Shown here piece after piece: positions 24,883-25,067 of a stretch of 25,067 nt of DNA. A model generated the notes under the pieces. That model ran no database searches and was not told where the DNA came from. It was given only the letters and a program-made list of their open reading frames with translations. The DNA lies in contig JBDTZT010000001.1 in the NCBI GenBank assembly GCA_040005005.1, positions 1-25,067 of the forward strand, written 5' to 3'. How positions within the stretch are numbered: position 1 is the first letter of the stretch; every line of letters starts with the position of its first letter. The DNA is from Actinomycetota bacterium (GTDB taxonomy: Bacteria; Acidobacteriota; Blastocatellia; Pyrinomonadales; Pyrinomonadaceae). A program made the translations under genes and the position numbers.

Positions 24883-25067
24883 ATGAAAATTTACGATGTG
24901 ACCGTTCGGATTAGTGCGCGAACGCCCGTTTACGAAGGCGACCCGAACGTTGAAATTAAAACCGCGAACGCGATTGCGCGCGGTGACGCGGCAAACGTTT
25001 CGCGCCTCTGCTGTGGCGTTCACACCGGAACGCACGTTGACGCGCCCGCGCATTTTATCGAAGGCGC
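24883..25067 (+). CDS. Cyclase family / kynurenine formamidase-like metallohydrolase, truncated by window end
   Basis: Not in the ORF track because it has no stop in the window. It reads MKIYDVTVRISARTPVYEGDP...HTGTHVDAPAHFIEG, containing the HxGTHxDxPxH motif. Confidence 0.9.
   Translation, partial: MKIYDVTVRISARTPVYEGDPNVEIKTANAIARGDAANVSRLCCGVHTGTHVDAPAHFIEG

Noticed and set aside
24661-25053. 130-aa minus-strand ORF
   Set aside because: It is the antisense shadow of the + strand cyclase gene (HTGTHVDAPAH) and runs through the REP-like repeat.
1-25067. CRISPR array, tRNA/rRNA, prophage, intact transposase or defence system
   Set aside because: No repeat-spacer periodicity, cloverleaf, or phage, Cas or transposase motifs were seen. 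The repeats present are protein-level (TPR, FG-GAP) or single palindromes.

Overview
Ordinary bacterial chromosome. The gene styles (Oar/carboxypeptidase-regulatory-type TonB receptors, TPR and CRTAC1/ASPIC-UnbV genes) suggest Acidobacteriota, probably Blastocatellia; this is inference. There are three blocks. (1) 1-13.4 kb, + strand: a PUL-like furanoside-degradation locus with no SusD. It contains a 5'-disrupted TonB-dependent receptor, a secreted TPR protein, GH5, GH43, an unknown secreted beta-sandwich protein, a LacI regulator, a Tat-exported GH51, a two-domain GH43 and a CRTAC1/ASPIC-UnbV propeller. Decayed galactokinase and sugar ABC permease remnants lie inside it. (2) 13.7-20.1 kb, - strand: an intact TonB-dependent receptor, a secreted PHP (CehA/McbA-like) metallohydrolase and a secreted hypothetical protein. 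A probable IS5 scar lies between blocks 1 and 2. (3) 20.4-25.1 kb, + strand: ileS, a clan AA aspartic protease, lspA and a cyclase-family gene cut by the window edge. The best find is in the ileS leader, below the ORF-track size cutoff. A 17-codon Ile-rich ORF (MKNFNIIIGIFILDDHG) is followed by mutually exclusive antiterminator and terminator hairpins, the layout of a ribosome-mediated, isoleucine-sensing attenuator. IleRS also has non-canonical signature motifs (HIGT, KQSKN), and LspA has Tyr at a normally invariant Asp. All folds and alignments were done by eye; no searches were run.
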